This document shows, one piece after another, positions 1 through 9,273 of a DNA stretch of 64,000 bases (the first letter of the stretch is position 1; every line of letters begins with the position of its first letter). Source of the stretch: a phage; sequence record PX436236.1; one strand, given 5' to 3'. Below the pieces are notes generated by a model. That model did no database searches. It saw nothing but the letters and a program-made list of their open reading frames with translations, and was not told the DNA's origin. The position numbers were made by a program, and so were the translations under genes.

Positions 1-18
1 CTTGCTGTAAACAACTTT

Positions 19-26
19 TATAAATA
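19..26 (+). promoter_or_regulatory. T4-type late promoter TATAAATA
   Basis: Exact TATAAATA about 29 nt upstream of the gene 24 ATG, followed by RBS AAGGAAAG. Confidence 0.8.
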
Positions 27-54
27 AACATATACCCTCAATAAGGAAAGCGCA

Positions 55-1338
55 ATGGCAAAGATTAACGAATTACTGCGCGAGTCAACAACTACTTCCA
101 GCAACTCATTGGGTCGCCCTAATCTTGTTGCTTTGACCCGTGCTACAACCAAATTGATTTACCGTGATATTATCGCCGAACAACGTACTAGCCAGCCTAT
201 TGCTGCACTGTATGGTGTCAAATATCTTACCCCTGATAATGAATTTAGTTTCCAGACAGGTGCCTCTTATGGTGGTGAAGTTGGTTCTAAAGACCGTGAA
301 ACTATCCCAGAACTCACAGATAAGGCCCAGGCGATTGCTCAGGGTGAATATTTCAAGTACCAGAATGTGGTTTATAAGGCTCTTAAAGCAAGCCCACTCG
401 CGTCCACTAGCGCCACAGAATTGGCTGATGCTCTTCAAGAAGGTTTAGTGTCATTAACATGTCGTCTGGTTCCTGATGCTGCCCATACCACTAAATTTGA
501 AGCGAGTGATGTAGAAATCTCTGATGCTGTATTCCAGGTTAATAAATGGAATGCTCCGGTTAAGACCCGTAAATTGAAGACGGCTTTGACTGTAGAATTA
601 GCGCAGGATATGGAATCAAATGGCTTTGACGCGCCGGCGTTCTTAGAAGACCTCTTGGCTACAGTAATGGCAGATGAAATTAATAAAGACGTTCTGCAAT
701 CTCTAATAACCGTATCCAAACGTTATAAAGTTACTGGTGTATCTGATAACGGCATCATCGATTTGTCTTATGACAGTGCTCCTGAATCTGCACGTAAACT
801 TTATGAACTCGTTTGTGAGATGAATTCTGAAATCCAGAAAACTACTTCTTATTCTGGCACGTTTGTTGTGGCTTCAAGTCGTGTGGCTGCAATGCTTGCA
901 GGTTCTGGCTGGTTAAAACATAAACCCGAAGATAATAATTGGCTTCCGGAAACTGCATACGGATATTTGTTGAATGGTCTGCCTCTGTTTTGTGACGTTA
1001 ACAGTCCATTAGATTATGTTACCGTTGGTGTTAAAGAGAATTACGGCGGTAATGAAGTTGTCGGTTCTATTTTCTACGCTCCCTATACCGAAGGCTTAGA
1101 TTTAGATGACCAAGAACACGTCGGTGCTTATAAGGTTATTGTTGACCCGGATTCATTACAACCTTCTATTTCTCTGATGGTTCGTTATGCACTATCAGCT
1201 AACCCGTACACCGTGGCTAAAGACGATAAAGAAGCTCGTGTTATCGATGCAACCAATATGGATTTAATGGCTGGACAGAGCAATATGTCTTATCTGGTTG
1301 GCGTTAAACTTCCGGCAATTATTTACGAGGCTGATTAA
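55..1338 (+). CDS. 24: Capsid vertex protein gp24
   Basis: 427 aa; near-identical over long stretches to remembered T4 gp24 (MAKINELLRESTTT..., FRIDKW/SRKLKT/TVELAQD block, C-terminal YALSANPYTVAKD). Confidence 0.9.
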   Translation: MAKINELLRESTTTSSNSLGRPNLVALTRATTKLIYRDIIAEQRTSQPIAALYGVKYLTPDNEFSFQTGASYGGEVGSKDRETIPELTDKAQAIAQGEYFKYQNVVYKALKASPLASTSATELADALQEGLVSLTCRLVPDAAHTTKFEASDVEISDAVFQVNKWNAPVKTRKLKTALTVELAQDMESNGFDAPAFLEDLLATVMADEINKDVLQSLITVSKRYKVTGVSDNGIIDLSYDSAPESARKLYELVCEMNSEIQKTTSYSGTFVVASSRVAAMLAGSGWLKHKPEDNNWLPETAYGYLLNGLPLFCDVNSPLDYVTVGVKENYGGNEVVGSIFYAPYTEGLDLDDQEHVGAYKVIVDPDSLQPSISLMVRYALSANPYTVAKDDKEARVIDATNMDLMAGQSNMSYLVGVKLPAIIYEAD

Positions 1339-2618
1339 TGTCTAAGATTGTAGACCTAATTAAAGAATCCACATTGACGGCTGCCAACTCGGTTGGCCGT
1401 CCTGCTCTTCTTTCATACACCCAAGCAACTAATAAACGAATCTTTAAAGCCCTAGTTGCTGAACAAAAAACAAATCAACCGGTTGCTGCTCTGTATGGGG
1501 TACGTGTACTGAATCCTGACGACAAAATGACTTATCTTGGTGGAGCAACATTTGCGGGCCAGATTGGTATGACGGAACGTGAAAATATTCCAGAATTTAC
1601 TGATTCATCTACAGCTTATGCGGTCGGTGATATGTTCCAGTTTGAAAGCGTAGTGTTTAAAGTTCTAGAAGCATCTCCTTTCGCCGGAACCACAGAAACC
1701 AACCTCAGCGAAGTTATTTCTGAAGCAGTGGCAGCCGGCCATATCCGTATGGTGTCGGATGCTGCTATTACTTCTAAATTTGAACAAGGCCATCCTGAAA
1801 TTGCTGAAACCGGATTCCGTATCGACAAATGGCAATCTGAAGTTAAATCACGTAAACTGAAAACTTCATTGACAGTCGAATTAGCCCAAGACCTAGAATC
1901 TAACGGGTTTAATGCTCCTAATTTTGTTGAAAATCTGCTAGGCATTCAAATGGCAGAAGAAATTAATAAGGATGTATTACAGTCATTAATTACCGTGAGC
2001 TCTCGTTTTAAAGTCCAGGGTGTTTCTGAAAAGGGTGTATTAGACCTTACCAACCCTCGCTACGATAATGCCCAGGACCGTGCTCGCACATTATATTATT
2101 ATATGTGTGAGATGAACTCTGCCGTCCAACGACAGACTTCTTTTGCCGGGACTTATGCAGTAGCTAGTTCTCGTTGTGCTGCTATTCTCGCCGCCTCTGG
2201 TTGGGTTGAGAAAAAGGAAGACCAGGACGAATTGGCTTATGGTATATTAAAGAATGGCCTACCACTTTATGCTGATATGAATAGTCCATGTGATTATGTT
2301 ATTGTTGGTGTAAATGCCCAGATGGGTGAAGGACAGACGGTCGCATCTTTATATTATGCGCCTTATACGGAAGGTTTGAATGTGGTTGACGAAGAAGGTG
2401 ATACTTCAGTTGGTGAATTTAAGGTTATTGTTGACCCGGAAAGCTTACAACCTACAGTAGCATTGCTTGCTCGTTATGCATTGTCTGCAAACCCTTATAC
2501 CGTCGCTAAGGACGATAAAGAAGCCCGCATTATTGATGGTTCTGATATGGACAAAATGGCTAATCAAAGTCAATTGAGTTCTTATCTCGGCGTAAAATTA
2601 CCGCCTTTAGAAAAATAA
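1338..2618 (+). CDS. gp24 paralog (second vertex-protein-like gene)
   Basis: 426 aa, roughly 55 percent identical to the upstream gp24 by eye, same conserved blocks; start overlaps upstream stop (TAATG). Confidence 0.8.
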   Translation: MSKIVDLIKESTLTAANSVGRPALLSYTQATNKRIFKALVAEQKTNQPVAALYGVRVLNPDDKMTYLGGATFAGQIGMTERENIPEFTDSSTAYAVGDMFQFESVVFKVLEASPFAGTTETNLSEVISEAVAAGHIRMVSDAAITSKFEQGHPEIAETGFRIDKWQSEVKSRKLKTSLTVELAQDLESNGFNAPNFVENLLGIQMAEEINKDVLQSLITVSSRFKVQGVSEKGVLDLTNPRYDNAQDRARTLYYYMCEMNSAVQRQTSFAGTYAVASSRCAAILAASGWVEKKEDQDELAYGILKNGLPLYADMNSPCDYVIVGVNAQMGEGQTVASLYYAPYTEGLNVVDEEGDTSVGEFKVIVDPESLQPTVALLARYALSANPYTVAKDDKEARIIDGSDMDKMANQSQLSSYLGVKLPPLEK

Positions 2619-2621
2619 AAG

Positions 2622-2637
2622 GGACCGTAAGGTCCCT
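2622..2637. terminator. Bidirectional intrinsic terminator hairpin
   Basis: GGGACC-GTAA-GGTCCC stem-loop with T-runs on both sides, between convergent gp24 paralog (+) and rnlB (-). Confidence 0.65.
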
Positions 2638-2644
2638 TTATCGT

Positions 2645-3652
2645 TTATTTGGATACTAGTTCAATCCATACATGTCTTAATGTTTCTTTTACGCACTCAA
2701 TGAGCTGCTTTTTAACTTCAACGGGATTTTCCGCATCAGTTAATTCCAATTCTTCACGGGCGGCTTCTTCAAGGATATCCTGGACTGTCAAGCCCATCAC
2801 CTTTCCGAAATCCTTCGGCGATACTTCGCCAATCTTACTGATGACATTGTTAATGCGGTTAACAGTCACATAATCGGTGAATTGCCACATCAAATCCATA
2901 TCGTCTTGGGACAATACCACTGCAACTTTAATAGGCTTATCAGACTTTTTCTTCTCGCTGAATTTAGAGTTCTTACATTTAATCGCCACACGATTTCCGT
3001 TTGGAAGCCAGGTAGGAACATCAGGTTTCAATACAAAGCCTTCAGCCGTGAATACCTTACCTTCTACCTTAGGAATAAAATCGGTTGAGTTTGCAATAGT
3101 TAAGCCTGCGTTATCCACTGCAAAATTATAATCAGGAACAACTGAATCAAAATCATTAGGAAGTTTAATAAGGTCTTCAAAGCTACCGGTGGCCAGACAT
3201 GGAGCTACCTTAAACTTATGGATAATACAGAAGGCTTCCATCAATGTATCGGTTAGAACAGATTCTGAGCCATCTTCTTTAGTAACTCGGATATCGAACA
3301 CATAAAAGTCTTTATCACCATAGTCCACATTCTTCTGGATACCTGGCCCAGCGAATTCGCCGTAAATCTGATATGACTGGTAATTAATCGATTCGATTAG
3401 ATGTTGAACAGATTTAATAGAATCAGCATAGTTCTTAAGTACAATTTCATAGCCATAGAAATCTTCAGCAGGGAGGATAGGGCCAGTGCGCTTGGCGCAT
3501 GTGACTGCGTCACGTTCTATGATTAAACTAAAGTTGGTTCCATGAATCTTCTCACGTGCTACCCATTCACCACCAGTCAAACCGTTAGTACGGAGTTTTT
3601 CGATAAACTTACTGTTGTAGTGGTTTTCGAGACTGCTATATTTCTTGAACAT
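2645..3652 (-). CDS. rnlB: RNA ligase 2
   Basis: 335 aa; [16 protein letters not shown]... with KIHGTN nucleotidyltransferase motif; T4 Rnl2 size and synteny. Confidence 0.9.
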   Translation of the reverse strand: MFKKYSSLENHYNSKFIEKLRTNGLTGGEWVAREKIHGTNFSLIIERDAVTCAKRTGPILPAEDFYGYEIVLKNYADSIKSVQHLIESINYQSYQIYGEFAGPGIQKNVDYGDKDFYVFDIRVTKEDGSESVLTDTLMEAFCIIHKFKVAPCLATGSFEDLIKLPNDFDSVVPDYNFAVDNAGLTIANSTDFIPKVEGKVFTAEGFVLKPDVPTWLPNGNRVAIKCKNSKFSEKKKSDKPIKVAVVLSQDDMDLMWQFTDYVTVNRINNVISKIGEVSPKDFGKVMGLTVQDILEEAAREELELTDAENPVEVKKQLIECVKETLRHVWIELVSK

Positions 3653-3738
3653 AAATCACCATAATAAATATAATTAAATAGAAGAGCTAGTAGTCTTCTG
3701 TCACCAAGCCAAATGGTTTAACGGAAGGACCTAGACCC

Positions 3739-3765
3739 ATTATATCACACCTAAATTTAAAGCAT
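3739..3765 (-). promoter_or_regulatory. Candidate MotA-dependent middle promoter for rnlB
   Basis: Minus strand reads TGCTTTA (MotA-box-like), 13 nt spacer, then TATAAT; sits about 90 nt upstream of the rnlB start. Confidence 0.4.
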
Positions 3766-3766
3766 A

Positions 3767-3976
3767 TTACTTTGAACTAGAACGCGCTTTGCGCCGAACC
3801 TTGTTGTTCAATCTTTTACGATAAACAACCTTTTCTTTCGCTTTAAATTTGGCCTTGGCTTGTTCTACATCAACCCATGCTTTGGCCATGTCCTTAGCGG
3901 TCCCGCCCATTTTTTTAGCAATTTCTATAAAATTCAACCCAGATTCGTGTAAAAAATGTACTTTAACCTTATCCAT
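3767..3976 (-). CDS. Small HTH-like basic protein (hypothetical)
   Basis: 69 aa from internal ATG (track ORF extends to 4015 without RBS); helix-turn-helix-like N-terminus and Lys/Arg-rich tail. Confidence 0.45.
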   Translation of the reverse strand: MDKVKVHFLHESGLNFIEIAKKMGGTAKDMAKAWVDVEQAKAKFKAKEKVVYRKRLNNKVRRKARSSSK

Positions 3977-4059
3977 AACAATTCTCTCGTTGAGTTGGTA
4001 AACCCATCTTAACATAGAATTTTTAACTTGTAAACAGGAATTTTGTACTTTAATGCAAA

Positions 4060-4077
4060 ATGGGCCTTGCGGCCCAT
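4060..4077 (-). terminator. Intrinsic terminator after hoc
   Basis: mRNA-sense hairpin AUGGGCC-GCAA-GGCCCAU (GNRA loop) followed by UUUGCAUU, 2 nt after the hoc stop. Confidence 0.6.
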
Positions 4078-4079
4078 TA

Positions 4080-4928
4080 TTAATAAATGTAATCGTATAT
4101 AATACCAGCTTCTAAAGCGGTGCGATGAATAATTCGACCATTACGAGATTCTTGTACATCAACCTCTGAATAGTCGGTAATCATTTTTTGAAGTGTATAT
4201 CGGTGCAAATAATACGGGCTATCCGGGTCATCTGTTTTCCAGTCTTTGCCTTCAAGAGTCATTTTCTGGATTTCATCCATAACCCACCAACCAACCCAAA
4301 TATATGCTGAATTACGAACAGGGAGTGGATGAACGTAAGGTAATTCGCCATCCGGAACCGGTGCGACTTTAGCCGTGACTGTTACATTACCGGTTTTTGT
4401 GACAGTCGCCGGGTTATAATCAGTCGCCGAAACCACAACAGAAACTTCAATAACCTGTGAACCTTCAGTGCTTGTATCGATTGCTAGAGTATCCGTGGTG
4501 CCAACTACAGGAGAACCGTCTTTCTTCCAAGAATAGGCAAAAGTAGCACCAGCAGGAGCGCCGACCACATTCGCTTTAAAAGAAGCTGGAGTGCCTTCCG
4601 GAACATTAATCGAAGCTGGGGTTAATGTCACAGAAACACCGGAAATGGTTTTATTCTGGATAGTTAAAGTTGTTTCGGCTTCAGCTGTTTCTGGTTCGCC
4701 GTCCGCCGGTGTAGTTGTTGCAACAACTTTAATAGTCTTGCTGCCTGCCGGGCCAACAGCAACATAATCCATTGCAGCAGTCACAGAAGATTGAGGAACG
4801 CCATCAACAGTCCAGACAAATGATTCAGTACCTTCAGCTGCAGCACCGGAACCGGTCGCAGTGAAATTGGTTGTTGCTCCAATAACGGCCGTAGCCGCCA
4901 AAGGAGCCATATCTACGGTATAAGCCAT
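4080..4928 (-). CDS. hoc: Hoc outer capsid protein (Ig-like domains)
   Basis: 282 aa; Thr/Val-rich Ig-like repeats plus C-terminal capsid-binding-like region; T4 position between rnlB and inh. Confidence 0.7.
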   Translation of the reverse strand: MAYTVDMAPLAATAVIGATTNFTATGSGAAAEGTESFVWTVDGVPQSSVTAAMDYVAVGPAGSKTIKVVATTTPADGEPETAEAETTLTIQNKTISGVSVTLTPASINVPEGTPASFKANVVGAPAGATFAYSWKKDGSPVVGTTDTLAIDTSTEGSQVIEVSVVVSATDYNPATVTKTGNVTVTAKVAPVPDGELPYVHPLPVRNSAYIWVGWWVMDEIQKMTLEGKDWKTDDPDSPYYLHRYTLQKMITDYSEVDVQESRNGRIIHRTALEAGIIYDYIY

Positions 4929-4937
4929 AATAAACCC

Positions 4938-5609
4938 TTATTTTAAAGTGACAAAAGATGAGTTACGAGTTTCACGTACTAATACTGAACCATTACGATT
5001 AATGTAATAAATCAGACTAAATAATGTTTGGTGGGCAGAAGGATGTTGGAAAGCAGTTGGACGTTCTTTCCAATCCGGAGTCTCAGAAATCCATTGGTAA
5101 ATCCACCAAGGAACGGTGCAATAACCTGGGTTCTTACCGATAAGCAAAAGATTAGGACTGAAGTTTTCAGGTAAAGAGAATACAGGTTTTTCAGATTCAA
5201 CAACCTTGGCTATAGCCCCTTTGAATTTCTCTTCGTCAAATGGAACATCCTCTTCGATAATCTCTACCTTAGGAAGTTCGGCTACCTCAACGACTTCTAC
5301 TGCAGCCTCAGGGGCATCGAACAACAGGGTGGCTTCTTCTTTAGCTGGTTCAGCACCATCAACAAATTCGTTAGCACCTGTAAGTTCGTCGGCAGCATCA
5401 ATCAAATCAGAAATGGACAACCCTTCGGTTTCTGGGAGTGGTTCGTCAGCCAAGGCTTTAAGGCCTTCAGAGATATCGATAATCAAATTATCAAACGAAC
5501 GGGTTTTCTTAAGTTTTAAACCGAACTGTTCGCCGTATTCGATTAACTTAGCTTTAGCTTCTTTTTTATCTTCGAGTGCACGAAGCTCTTCAATATATTG
5601 AGTATCCAT
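4938..5609 (-). CDS. inh: Inh-like inhibitor of prohead protease
   Basis: 223 aa acidic protein in the T4 inh position (T4 Inh is about 226 aa); synteny-based. Confidence 0.55.
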   Translation of the reverse strand: MDTQYIEELRALEDKKEAKAKLIEYGEQFGLKLKKTRSFDNLIIDISEGLKALADEPLPETEGLSISDLIDAADELTGANEFVDGAEPAKEEATLLFDAPEAAVEVVEVAELPKVEIIEEDVPFDEEKFKGAIAKVVESEKPVFSLPENFSPNLLLIGKNPGYCTVPWWIYQWISETPDWKERPTAFQHPSAHQTLFSLIYYINRNGSVLVRETRNSSFVTLK

Positions 5610-5628
5610 AATTAGTCTCTTGTTGGTG

Positions 5629-5636
5629 TATAAATA
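5629..5636 (+). promoter_or_regulatory. Late promoter TATAAATA for uvsW
   Basis: Exact TATAAATA 29 nt upstream of the uvsW ATG in the inh/uvsW divergent intergenic region. Confidence 0.7.
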
Positions 5637-5642
5637 TAACTA

Positions 5643-5650
5643 TATTTATA
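5643..5650 (-). promoter_or_regulatory. Late promoter TATAAATA for inh-hoc
   Basis: Minus-strand TATAAATA about 34 nt upstream of the inh start; divergent partner of the uvsW late promoter. Confidence 0.65.
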
Positions 5651-5664
5651 ACTGAGAATTACTT

Positions 5665-7161
5665 ATGCAAATTCAAGTACATTTTGATAATTTTAGTCAT
5701 GTCCGTATTGAATGCGATGAATCTACATTCTACGAACTCAGAGACTATTTTAGCTTTGAAGCTGATGGATATAAATTCAACCCTAAATTTCGTTATGGTC
5801 AATGGGACGGACGTATTCGCCTTCTGGATTACAACCGTAAACTTCCTTATGGATTGGTCCCTCAAATTAAAAAGTTCGCTGAACAATTTGAATACTCTCT
5901 GTGGATTGACCCACGTATTCTTGAACAGGAAGATATTTCTCGTGAAGATTTTGATTCATGGGTGGCTTCTCAAGAAATTTATTCAGGGTCTACCAAGATT
6001 GAGCCTCATTGGTATCAGAATGAAGCCGTATACAACGGCCTGACAAAACGTCGCGCAATTCTGAATTTACCTACATCTGCAGGTAAATCATTAATCCAGG
6101 CACTCCTGAGTCGATATTACGTTGAGAACTATGAAGGTAAAATCCTCATCTTAGTTCCTACTACTGCACTTGTCGACCAGATGATTAACGACTTCATCGA
6201 TTATCGTCTGTTCCCTAAAGCCGCAATGCTTGGTATTCGTTCAGGTACTGCTCGTGATTCCGATGCAATGATTTATGTTTCAACTTATCAAACCGCTATC
6301 AAGCAACCTAAAGAATGGTTTGCTCAGTTCGGTATGTTTATGAACGACGAATGCCATTTGGCTACAGGTAAATCTATTTCTACTATCATCGAAGGCCTAA
6401 CCAACTGTATGTTTAAATTCGGTTTGTCGGGTTCTTTAAAAGATGGTAAAGCTAATTTAATGCAATATATGGGCTTGTTTGGTGATGTGTTTAAGCCAGT
6501 ATCCACCTCCCAATTAATGGAAGAAGGACAGGTTACTGACCTTAAAATCAACAGTATTTTCCTTCGATACCCAGACGAATTCACGGTTAAAATGAAAGGT
6601 AAAGATTACCAATCAGAAATCAAGGTCATTACTAAGGCTACTCGTCGTAATAAATGGGTTGCTAATTTAGCTGTTAAACTCGCTAAGAAAGAAGAGAACG
6701 TATTCCTGATGTTTAAAAACATCGAACACGGTAAAACTCTTTTTGAAATGGTTAAAGAGCAACATAAAGAAGTTTATTACGTATCAGGTGAAGTTAATAC
6801 CGAAACGCGTAATGCTCTGAAGGTAATGGCGGAAAATGGTAAGGGTATTATTGTTGTGGCAAGTTATGGTGTGTTCTCTACAGGTATTTCCGTTAAGAAC
6901 CTTCACCACGTTGTATTTGCCCATCCAGTAAAATCTAAAATCATTGTACTCCAGACAATTGGTCGTGTACTCCGTAAACATGCCTCTAAATCAACAGCAC
7001 AGGTGTGGGATATCATCGACGACATGGGTGTTAAGCCTAAATCAGCTACGGCTAAAAAGAAATATGTTCATTTGAACTACGCCCTCAAACACGCTTTAGA
7101 ACGTATTCAACGTTATGCTGATGAGAAATTTAATTACGTAATGAAACAGGTGGATTTATGA
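5665..7161 (+). CDS. uvsW: UvsW SF2 DNA helicase
   Basis: 498 aa; Walker A LPTSAGKS, DECH box; matches T4 UvsW size and position. Confidence 0.9.
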   Translation: MQIQVHFDNFSHVRIECDESTFYELRDYFSFEADGYKFNPKFRYGQWDGRIRLLDYNRKLPYGLVPQIKKFAEQFEYSLWIDPRILEQEDISREDFDSWVASQEIYSGSTKIEPHWYQNEAVYNGLTKRRAILNLPTSAGKSLIQALLSRYYVENYEGKILILVPTTALVDQMINDFIDYRLFPKAAMLGIRSGTARDSDAMIYVSTYQTAIKQPKEWFAQFGMFMNDECHLATGKSISTIIEGLTNCMFKFGLSGSLKDGKANLMQYMGLFGDVFKPVSTSQLMEEGQVTDLKINSIFLRYPDEFTVKMKGKDYQSEIKVITKATRRNKWVANLAVKLAKKEENVFLMFKNIEHGKTLFEMVKEQHKEVYYVSGEVNTETRNALKVMAENGKGIIVVASYGVFSTGISVKNLHHVVFAHPVKSKIIVLQTIGRVLRKHASKSTAQVWDIIDDMGVKPKSATAKKKYVHLNYALKHALERIQRYADEKFNYVMKQVDL

Positions 7162-7385
7162 AAACCTTTAAAGAAGTTATTCAAGAAGCATCTATTGAAA
7201 GCTTCATGGCTAAAATTGGTTCTTGTCAGACTATGGACGGTCTGAAGGAACTAGAGAAGTATTACAAAACTCGTAGTAAGGAAGCTGAACTTCGTGATTC
7301 GGACGATATTAGCGTGCGTGATGCATTGGCTGGTAAGAGAGCTGAATTGGAGTCGATGGACGACGAGGAAGAGGAAGATTTCTAA
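7158..7385 (+). CDS. uvsW.1: UvsW.1
   Basis: 75 aa acidic-tail protein; ATGA overlap with the uvsW stop; T4 UvsW.1 is about 76 aa. Confidence 0.75.
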   Translation: MKTFKEVIQEASIESFMAKIGSCQTMDGLKELEKYYKTRSKEAELRDSDDISVRDALAGKRAELESMDDEEEEDF

Positions 7386-7393
7386 ACAAAAAA

Positions 7394-7415
7394 GGCCCAA
7401 CCTTTCGGAAGGGCC
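7394..7415 (-). terminator. Intrinsic terminator at end of the uvsY operon
   Basis: Minus-sense GGCCC..CC-GAAA-GG..GGGCC hairpin followed by UUUUUUG. Confidence 0.55.
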
Positions 7416-7444
7416 AATAACCATAAATGGCTATACACACTAGA

Positions 7445-7612
7445 CTAAAGTAGTAATTGGGTTTCGTTCAGCTGTTCTTCAGTGTTTTCCGTAACAGGCA
7501 GGCTTTGAACGTAATTATAGCATGAGCCCGGATGAACCGGACCTTTTTCTGTTTCAACAACCAATGCAGCATCGATTGGAGTTTTACAGACAACGCAAAT
7601 CTTATCTGACAT
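7445..7612 (-). CDS. UvsY.-2-like small Cys-containing protein
   Basis: 55 aa ORF below the track cutoff: MSDKICVVCKTPIDAALVVETEKGPVHPGSCYNY...; RBS AAGGAG upstream; T4 uvsY.-2 position. Confidence 0.5.
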   Translation of the reverse strand: MSDKICVVCKTPIDAALVVETEKGPVHPGSCYNYVQSLPVTENTEEQLNETQLLL

Positions 7613-7640
7613 GATTGTCTCCTTAGTTTAACTTACATAC

Positions 7641-7745
7641 CTATTTATTACTTGCTAAAGCAGCATTAATGAATTTTTGGAGTTCGTCCATCCGCTCTTT
7701 AGATGGTTTAGGGCATTTATTGATGACTGGTTTACGATAACTCAT
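7641..7745 (-). CDS. Small ORF in the uvsY.-1 position (hypothetical)
   Basis: 34 aa ORF (MSYRKPVINKCPKPSKERMDELQKFINAALASNK); ATGA start/stop overlap with uvsY suggests translational coupling. Confidence 0.3.
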   Translation of the reverse strand: MSYRKPVINKCPKPSKERMDELQKFINAALASNK

Positions 7746-8176
7746 TTGCCCGCCTCAAATTGTCTCATCTCATGCATGGTCTTAAGGTTAAAACCACGAG
7801 CCTTAATAGCATCAAGTGCTGAACTACAAAAGTCTTGTAATAAAGCCCAATACTGAATTGATGTGTCGATTTTAATTACACTAGAATCCGCAGCCATAAC
7901 GGTCTTTAATTCAGATTTCTCATATTGGTCCATACAAACCTCATCACCAGGCTCTCCACGTCCCGTGTAGAAATCTAATCGCTTCTTAAGTGAGGTCTTT
8001 TTCTGGATTTCTAATCTCATTATTTCTTTCTTACAATTCGTATACAGCCTTAGCCATTTGCTGTGCAGCAAAACGTTGTTCTGTACTTCATATTGTAAAC
8101 GAGTTCCATCAATCTTTAAATCTTCATCCAAAGCATCTTGAAACGACTCCAACTTGTACTCAATCTCTTTACTCAT
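7742..8176 (-). CDS. uvsY: UvsY recombination mediator
   Basis: 144 aa from internal ATG with RBS AGGAAA; matches remembered T4 UvsY (KLQYE..NNV.L.SKWL, YEKSE.KTV, QYW..L.DFCS.ALDAIK.RGF). Confidence 0.9.
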   Translation of the reverse strand: MSKEIEYKLESFQDALDEDLKIDGTRLQYEVQNNVLLHSKWLRLYTNCKKEIMRLEIQKKTSLKKRLDFYTGRGEPGDEVCMDQYEKSELKTVMAADSSVIKIDTSIQYWALLQDFCSSALDAIKARGFNLKTMHEMRQFEAGK

Positions 8177-8234
8177 CGCATGTTTCCTGTGTAATAACCA
8201 TAGGACCATTATACACTATTCATTTGAACAGCAA

Positions 8235-8624
8235 TTAACCACTCTGTGAGAGCTGGATTCTAATTTGCTCTAATGTATCCGGGTCATCAACGATACTAAA
8301 CTGAACGGTCACGATAATCGAGTTATCATCGTACACAGGTGTCACACCTACAGCTAGAGCAGAAATTCTGGGTTCGAAGTTCCGCACTGCGGAAACTATA
8401 TTACGCTTAATGGTATCCGTGATTAATGGAGTAATATTCTCAAACAATTGGTTGCTGATGTCACAACCGAATTCAGGCATAAAAGGGCGCGAACCCTTGC
8501 GAGTAGTAATAATGCCTAACAAACTATTTTTTACTGCGCGAGCACCTGTAGCTTTAGCGACGTCTCTATTCCAAGACGTCCTCATTTCAGGGTCTAAATC
8601 TGAATACATTTTATTGATATTCAT
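8235..8624 (-). CDS. 25: Baseplate wedge protein gp25
   Basis: 129 aa; close match to remembered T4 gp25 (SLLGIITTRKGSRPF.PEFGCD). Confidence 0.9.
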   Translation of the reverse strand: MNINKMYSDLDPEMRTSWNRDVAKATGARAVKNSLLGIITTRKGSRPFMPEFGCDISNQLFENITPLITDTIKRNIVSAVRNFEPRISALAVGVTPVYDDNSIIVTVQFSIVDDPDTLEQIRIQLSQSG

Positions 8625-9247
8625 TACATCACCTTAAAGAACTCTTTAAGTCCCTCAATAACGTGGACGGTGTGTTCACCACATTCACAAGAAATAGGTA
8701 TAGCCAAAATAGGCTTAGGGGCGACTAGTGCATCATAAACTTCTTTTATATCTTTTTCTGTTATCACAGAATAAAGGTCATCAAGTTCCGCATCGCTTAA
8801 ATCGGAAAGAAGAAGCTTTTCGCCTGCAGAAGTTAAAATATAATCGATACACCCTGCGACCATCATAGCTCTATTTTTATCTTCAAAGAGTTTAGGATAT
8901 CTGAAAACAATTTTAAAGTTGCCAAAGTCTTTAATAACATCCGGCTCTTTACCCAATGTTGCTCGAGTTAGTGTCATAGGGACAACCTGTGAGCGACCAC
9001 AACTACAACTCCACTCACGTTCTATATTCACTTCAGCTAATGAATGGGCCCACAGGTTTATCACCAGGAGCTCAGATTCTTGCTTGTTTAAATCACGAGC
9101 ATCTGTGCAATTCGAAATGAGTTCATTGATAAAGGACTCTATTCTGCCTTCTAATTTAGCTTGGAGCAAGTCCTTATACTCTCTGAGGGTAAATGCTCTG
9201 CATTTTATGGTTTTGTTTTTAATTTTTACGTCAAAAGTATAATTCAT
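8624..9247 (-). CDS. 26: Baseplate hub protein gp26
   Basis: 207 aa in T4 gene 26 position; TAATG overlap with gene 25. Confidence 0.7.
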   Translation of the reverse strand: MNYTFDVKIKNKTIKCRAFTLREYKDLLQAKLEGRIESFINELISNCTDARDLNKQESELLVINLWAHSLAEVNIEREWSCSCGRSQVVPMTLTRATLGKEPDVIKDFGNFKIVFRYPKLFEDKNRAMMVAGCIDYILTSAGEKLLLSDLSDAELDDLYSVITEKDIKEVYDALVAPKPILAIPISCECGEHTVHVIEGLKEFFKVM

Positions 9248-9265
9248 TGTCTTCTCCTTTAAGCT

Positions 9266-9273
9266 TATTTATA
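9266..9273 (-). promoter_or_regulatory. Late promoter TATAAATA for genes 26-25
   Basis: Minus-strand TATAAATA about 19 nt upstream of the gp26 start; part of palindrome TATTTATAAATA. Confidence 0.7.

Noticed and set aside
106-719. Track ORFs on the opposite strand or alternative frames inside gene 24 (106..438 -, 164..448 +, 435..719 -)
   Set aside because: Fully embedded in a strongly conserved capsid gene, no RBS, no conserved-looking sequence; typical antisense artefacts.
5206-5601. 131-aa plus-strand ORF antisense to inh
   Set aside because: Low-complexity Ser/Ala-rich translation produced by reading the acidic inh gene in reverse; no start context.
7651-7662. MotA-box-like TGCTTTA upstream of uvsY.-2 as a middle promoter
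   Set aside because: No acceptable TAnnnT -10 at the required 11-13 nt spacing.
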